From Candidatus Latescibacterota bacterium (lineage in GTDB: Bacteria; Latescibacterota; UBA2968; GCA-2709665): a stretch of DNA of 64,000 nucleotides. Below the pieces are notes generated by a model, which was not told where the DNA came from, searched no databases, and saw only the letters and a program-made list of their open reading frames with translations. The DNA lies in the NCBI GenBank assembly GCA_965219995.1, contig CBDCOX010000002.1:4864001-4928000 (forward strand), written 5' to 3'. The translations under genes were made by a program, and so were the position numbers. Numbering within the stretch: position 1 is the first letter of the stretch; each line of letters starts with the position of its first letter. Shown here piece after piece: positions 62,101 to 64,000 of this stretch.

Positions 62101-63872
62101 ACGGAAGGATAAAGCTGTGGGACGTGAATACACGCACTGTTACCGGCACCCTGGAGGGACATCATCGTTACGTGGATGCCGTGGACTTTTCCCCGGACGG
62201 GAAAACCCTCGCCTCAGTTTCCGTTGATCGGACAGTAAGGCTTTGGGACGTCGCGTCGGGCACACAATCCGCCGTCCTCCCGGATCACTATTGCGGCGTC
62301 TCCAGCGTCGCGTTTTCTCCGGATGGCACCAAACTCGTATCCGGGGGATGGAACGGCAAAGCGATACTTTGGGATGCGACGACGGGGCGAAATCTCGCCG
62401 AATTCAATCGCCATACGGATCTGGTTCGCGCCGTTTCGTTCTCTCCGGATGGGACGACGCTCGCCTCCGCGTCTGAGGACGGTGACGTGAATGTATGGGA
62501 CGTGGCCACTGGAAATGCCACCACAATTTCAGGCCATCCGAGCCACGTTTGGAGAATTGTATATTCCCCGGACGGCGCGAGGCTGGCTTCCCATTCCCTG
62601 GGTAACGTGGTGTATATTTGGGATGCCGCAACCGGAAGACTGTGGGCAACACTCCGTGGACACGCCGAGAGCGTAAGGTCGATATCCGTTTCATCCGACG
62701 GGAGGACCCTTGCTTCCGCATCGCACGACAGAACGGTAAGAATGTGGGACCTGAACACGCGCAGCACCGTCGCCACGTTGCCACATACGTTTGAACTCGA
62801 ATCGGTAACCTTTTCACCCGACGGGACTACACTCGCTTCGGGTGATTATAAGGGAATGGTCCACCTCTGGGACGTGGTCACGGATGAGAAGATCAACACG
62901 CTGACCGGCCTCAATGGATATGTTCGGACGCTGCTCTTTTCGCCCGATGGCGCCACCCTGGCCGCCGGGACAGACGACGGCAAGGTCAGGCTGTGGAACG
63001 TTGAGACGGGCGCCACCATCCGCGACCTCAAAGGACACAAAGGGTCGGTCCAAGCCATGGCCTTTTCACGGGACGGGGCAACACTGGCTACCGGCACATT
63101 CCAGGGCGCCGTGAAGCTGTGGGACCTCACGACGGGCGAGTTGAGTGCCACCCTGTTGGACGAGGCGTTCGAAAGTGTAGCATTTTCACCTGACGGTACC
63201 ATGTTCGCGACGGGCTGGCAGGATAGACATGTCAGGCTCTACGACCTGTCCACGGGCGACCTTGTCTCTACCTTCGAAGGGCACAATCATGTCGTCAAGA
63301 GCGTGATGTTTTCGCCCGACGGTAAGACGCTTGCATCCGGATCCAGCGATGGCACGATCCTGCTGTGGGATCTCCAACGCCTCCATTCTGTGCCTCATAC
63401 ATTAAAGGAGGTCTCCGGCGTAGAGCAGAAGGCTCCAGCAGGGACGGTGTTAGCTCAGCCGCTTGTGGTCTCGGTGCGGGATGAGAATGGGGAGCCGTAC
63501 GCCGGCGCTACCGTTACCTTTGTCGTTTCCGCGGGCGACGGCACCCTGTCTGCTACCACCGTCACAACTGATGCGAACGGACGCGCCGCCACGACTTTGA
63601 CTCTGGGAACCCAGCCAGGGTCCAACAGCGTTGTCGCAACGGTCGCTGATCTCGAGCCTGTGATCTTTATCGCCATCGGACAGCGCAACACCGACTTCGA
63701 CGGGGATGGCGCCGTTGGCTTTGCCGACTTCATTCAGTTCGCTTCGAAATTCGGGCTAAGCCGGGGCGATGCAGGATACGATGTGCGATACGATCTGGAT
63801 GGCAACGGCGCCGTGGGATTCTCGGACTTTGTGATTTTTGCAGGGGACTTCGGAAGGACCGCAGGGAAATAA
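59133..63872 (+). CDS. Secreted multidomain protein: metzincin protease, WD40 propellers, Ig-like domains, dockerin/EF-hand-like tail
   Basis: HELGHTFGLHH with VMSY Met-turn; about 20 GH...SVAFSPDG..LASGS.D..VRLWD repeats in two blocks; two SGDNQ/VTF Ig-like units; DFDGDGAVGFADF twice; GGAGG RBS. Confidence 0.9.
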   Translation: MRSLKHRIDSPSVFKTSFFATIAMILCLILAGSAYPQETGHVPFCEHIDFSKVQPEGFDAAGKRAFSLNKGEPRTVRVIHFVPSDRPFRAVVEDSIKRAVRRVQAFFKDQMRAHGYGTGSLSIETDDDGDPQIHRFTGRHPDDHYSRDAHSIVYREIREEFDTHKNVYLTFIDNSRGVIASGGRRGKVGGEASVGGDFKWNTVAHELGHTFGLHHDFRDDRYVMSYGEAQDSLAVVAARFLSVHPYFNSQISIDQGASPIVELLSSPKYPPNVENINVQFNVTDPDGLHQLILFTTTPPLNFGSGFPEVKAWRGLGKKQNSEVELEYRRDVVSTTATPANPAPEEIHVNAVDVDGNVRRISYNLVSISPYSYATLEGHTAGVLSVAFSPDAKVLASASDDHTVRLWDVATVTTASTLVHTRDITSVSFSPSAATLASGSSDGNVHLWAVATGVHATTLEGHTDQVSAVAFSPDGSILASGSFDNTIKLWKFGTGNSTSTLVGHTGGVLSVSFAPGGNVIASRSWDNTVRLWDVATGANLAALPHSHRVSSMSFSTDGSTLATGSLDNNIRLWDVASGERVDTLEGHVREVSSVSYSPDGTIIASGSGDKTVRLWRVETGQVVATLVGHTRGVRKLMFSPDGTLLASTSWDNSVRVWDVAIGESLATLLHSRSVNSVSFSSNGRFLASGSDDKTVELWDMSAWVRPRARTVTKISGDNQEGVAGGALTDPLIVEVRDQYGEPLSGAQVTFSIIAGQGSFDSGFTTENVTTGPDGRAQVELTLGPNPGPNTIRASIAELEVKTFNAVGLGSPVVTDKALDYSTWYLPKGATARLGKGTIGESHAAAAFSPGGKVLAVASAIGVWLYTLEEPERVTLLPSGIVHSVYFTPDGRKLVSAGEWWEGAAVRLWDVETQTYTPVVERKEIFRYVSLSPDGRALAYSVYEGHYTWTLNLWDVTSGTLVSTLATYDGTIRPRSLTFSPDGATIASGHQDGRIKLWDVNTRTVTGTLEGHHRYVDAVDFSPDGKTLASVSVDRTVRLWDVASGTQSAVLPDHYCGVSSVAFSPDGTKLVSGGWNGKAILWDATTGRNLAEFNRHTDLVRAVSFSPDGTTLASASEDGDVNVWDVATGNATTISGHPSHVWRIVYSPDGARLASHSLGNVVYIWDAATGRLWATLRGHAESVRSISVSSDGRTLASASHDRTVRMWDLNTRSTVATLPHTFELESVTFSPDGTTLASGDYKGMVHLWDVVTDEKINTLTGLNGYVRTLLFSPDGATLAAGTDDGKVRLWNVETGATIRDLKGHKGSVQAMAFSRDGATLATGTFQGAVKLWDLTTGELSATLLDEAFESVAFSPDGTMFATGWQDRHVRLYDLSTGDLVSTFEGHNHVVKSVMFSPDGKTLASGSSDGTILLWDLQRLHSVPHTLKEVSGVEQKAPAGTVLAQPLVVSVRDENGEPYAGATVTFVVSAGDGTLSATTVTTDANGRAATTLTLGTQPGSNSVVATVADLEPVIFIAIGQRNTDFDGDGAVGFADFIQFASKFGLSRGDAGYDVRYDLDGNGAVGFSDFVIFAGDFGRTAGK

Positions 63873-64000
63873 GCTGTGTATAGGTTGGATATCGCGATAT
63901 AGGCGGAGGCGGGTTACTGATAGCCACATGAATTGACGATCTCAATCTACGGATCTCCGAATTGTCAGGTTCGGTTCGCGAAGCGCACGGCCGTCGACAG

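Overview
GC-rich bacterial window. The WD40/dockerin-like giant protein, PhyH, Gfo/Idh/MocA and heparinase genes suggest a Latescibacterota/Poribacteria-like, possibly sponge-associated lineage (inference). Four zones. (1) 1-15 kb, defence/accessory island: 3' end of a Zorya type I operon (zorB end, zorC, zorD apparently lacking the Mrr nuclease), a DUF262-DUF1524 (GmrSD/SspE-like) nuclease, a HEPN-motif protein, RelE-like and Panacea/SocA toxin-antitoxin modules, and three co-oriented IS3 left-end remnants. (2) 15-26.8 kb: glycan and sugar-acid genes. (3) 26.8-50.7 kb: co-directional cluster without NRPS, PKS or ACP. It encodes an EhpF/GriC-like adenylase, GriD-like reductase, Fe-ADH, HemN-like radical SAM, CoA ligase, flavin halogenase, thioesterase, GT4, three secreted PQQ-like beta-propellers, a TonB receptor, an ABC system and a TAXI-TRAP transporter. 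This is my best candidate for an uncharacterised pathway. (4) 50.7-64 kb: acyl-CoA, lactonase, PhyH and HAD genes plus a 1580-aa metzincin-WD40-Ig-dockerin protein. Intergenic regions carry several short-repeat families: inverted heptamer arrays, 9-mer arrays, a GTAG REP and a self-nested 23-nt unit. No rRNA, intact tRNA or CRISPR array was seen. All calls come from motif recognition; no searches were run.
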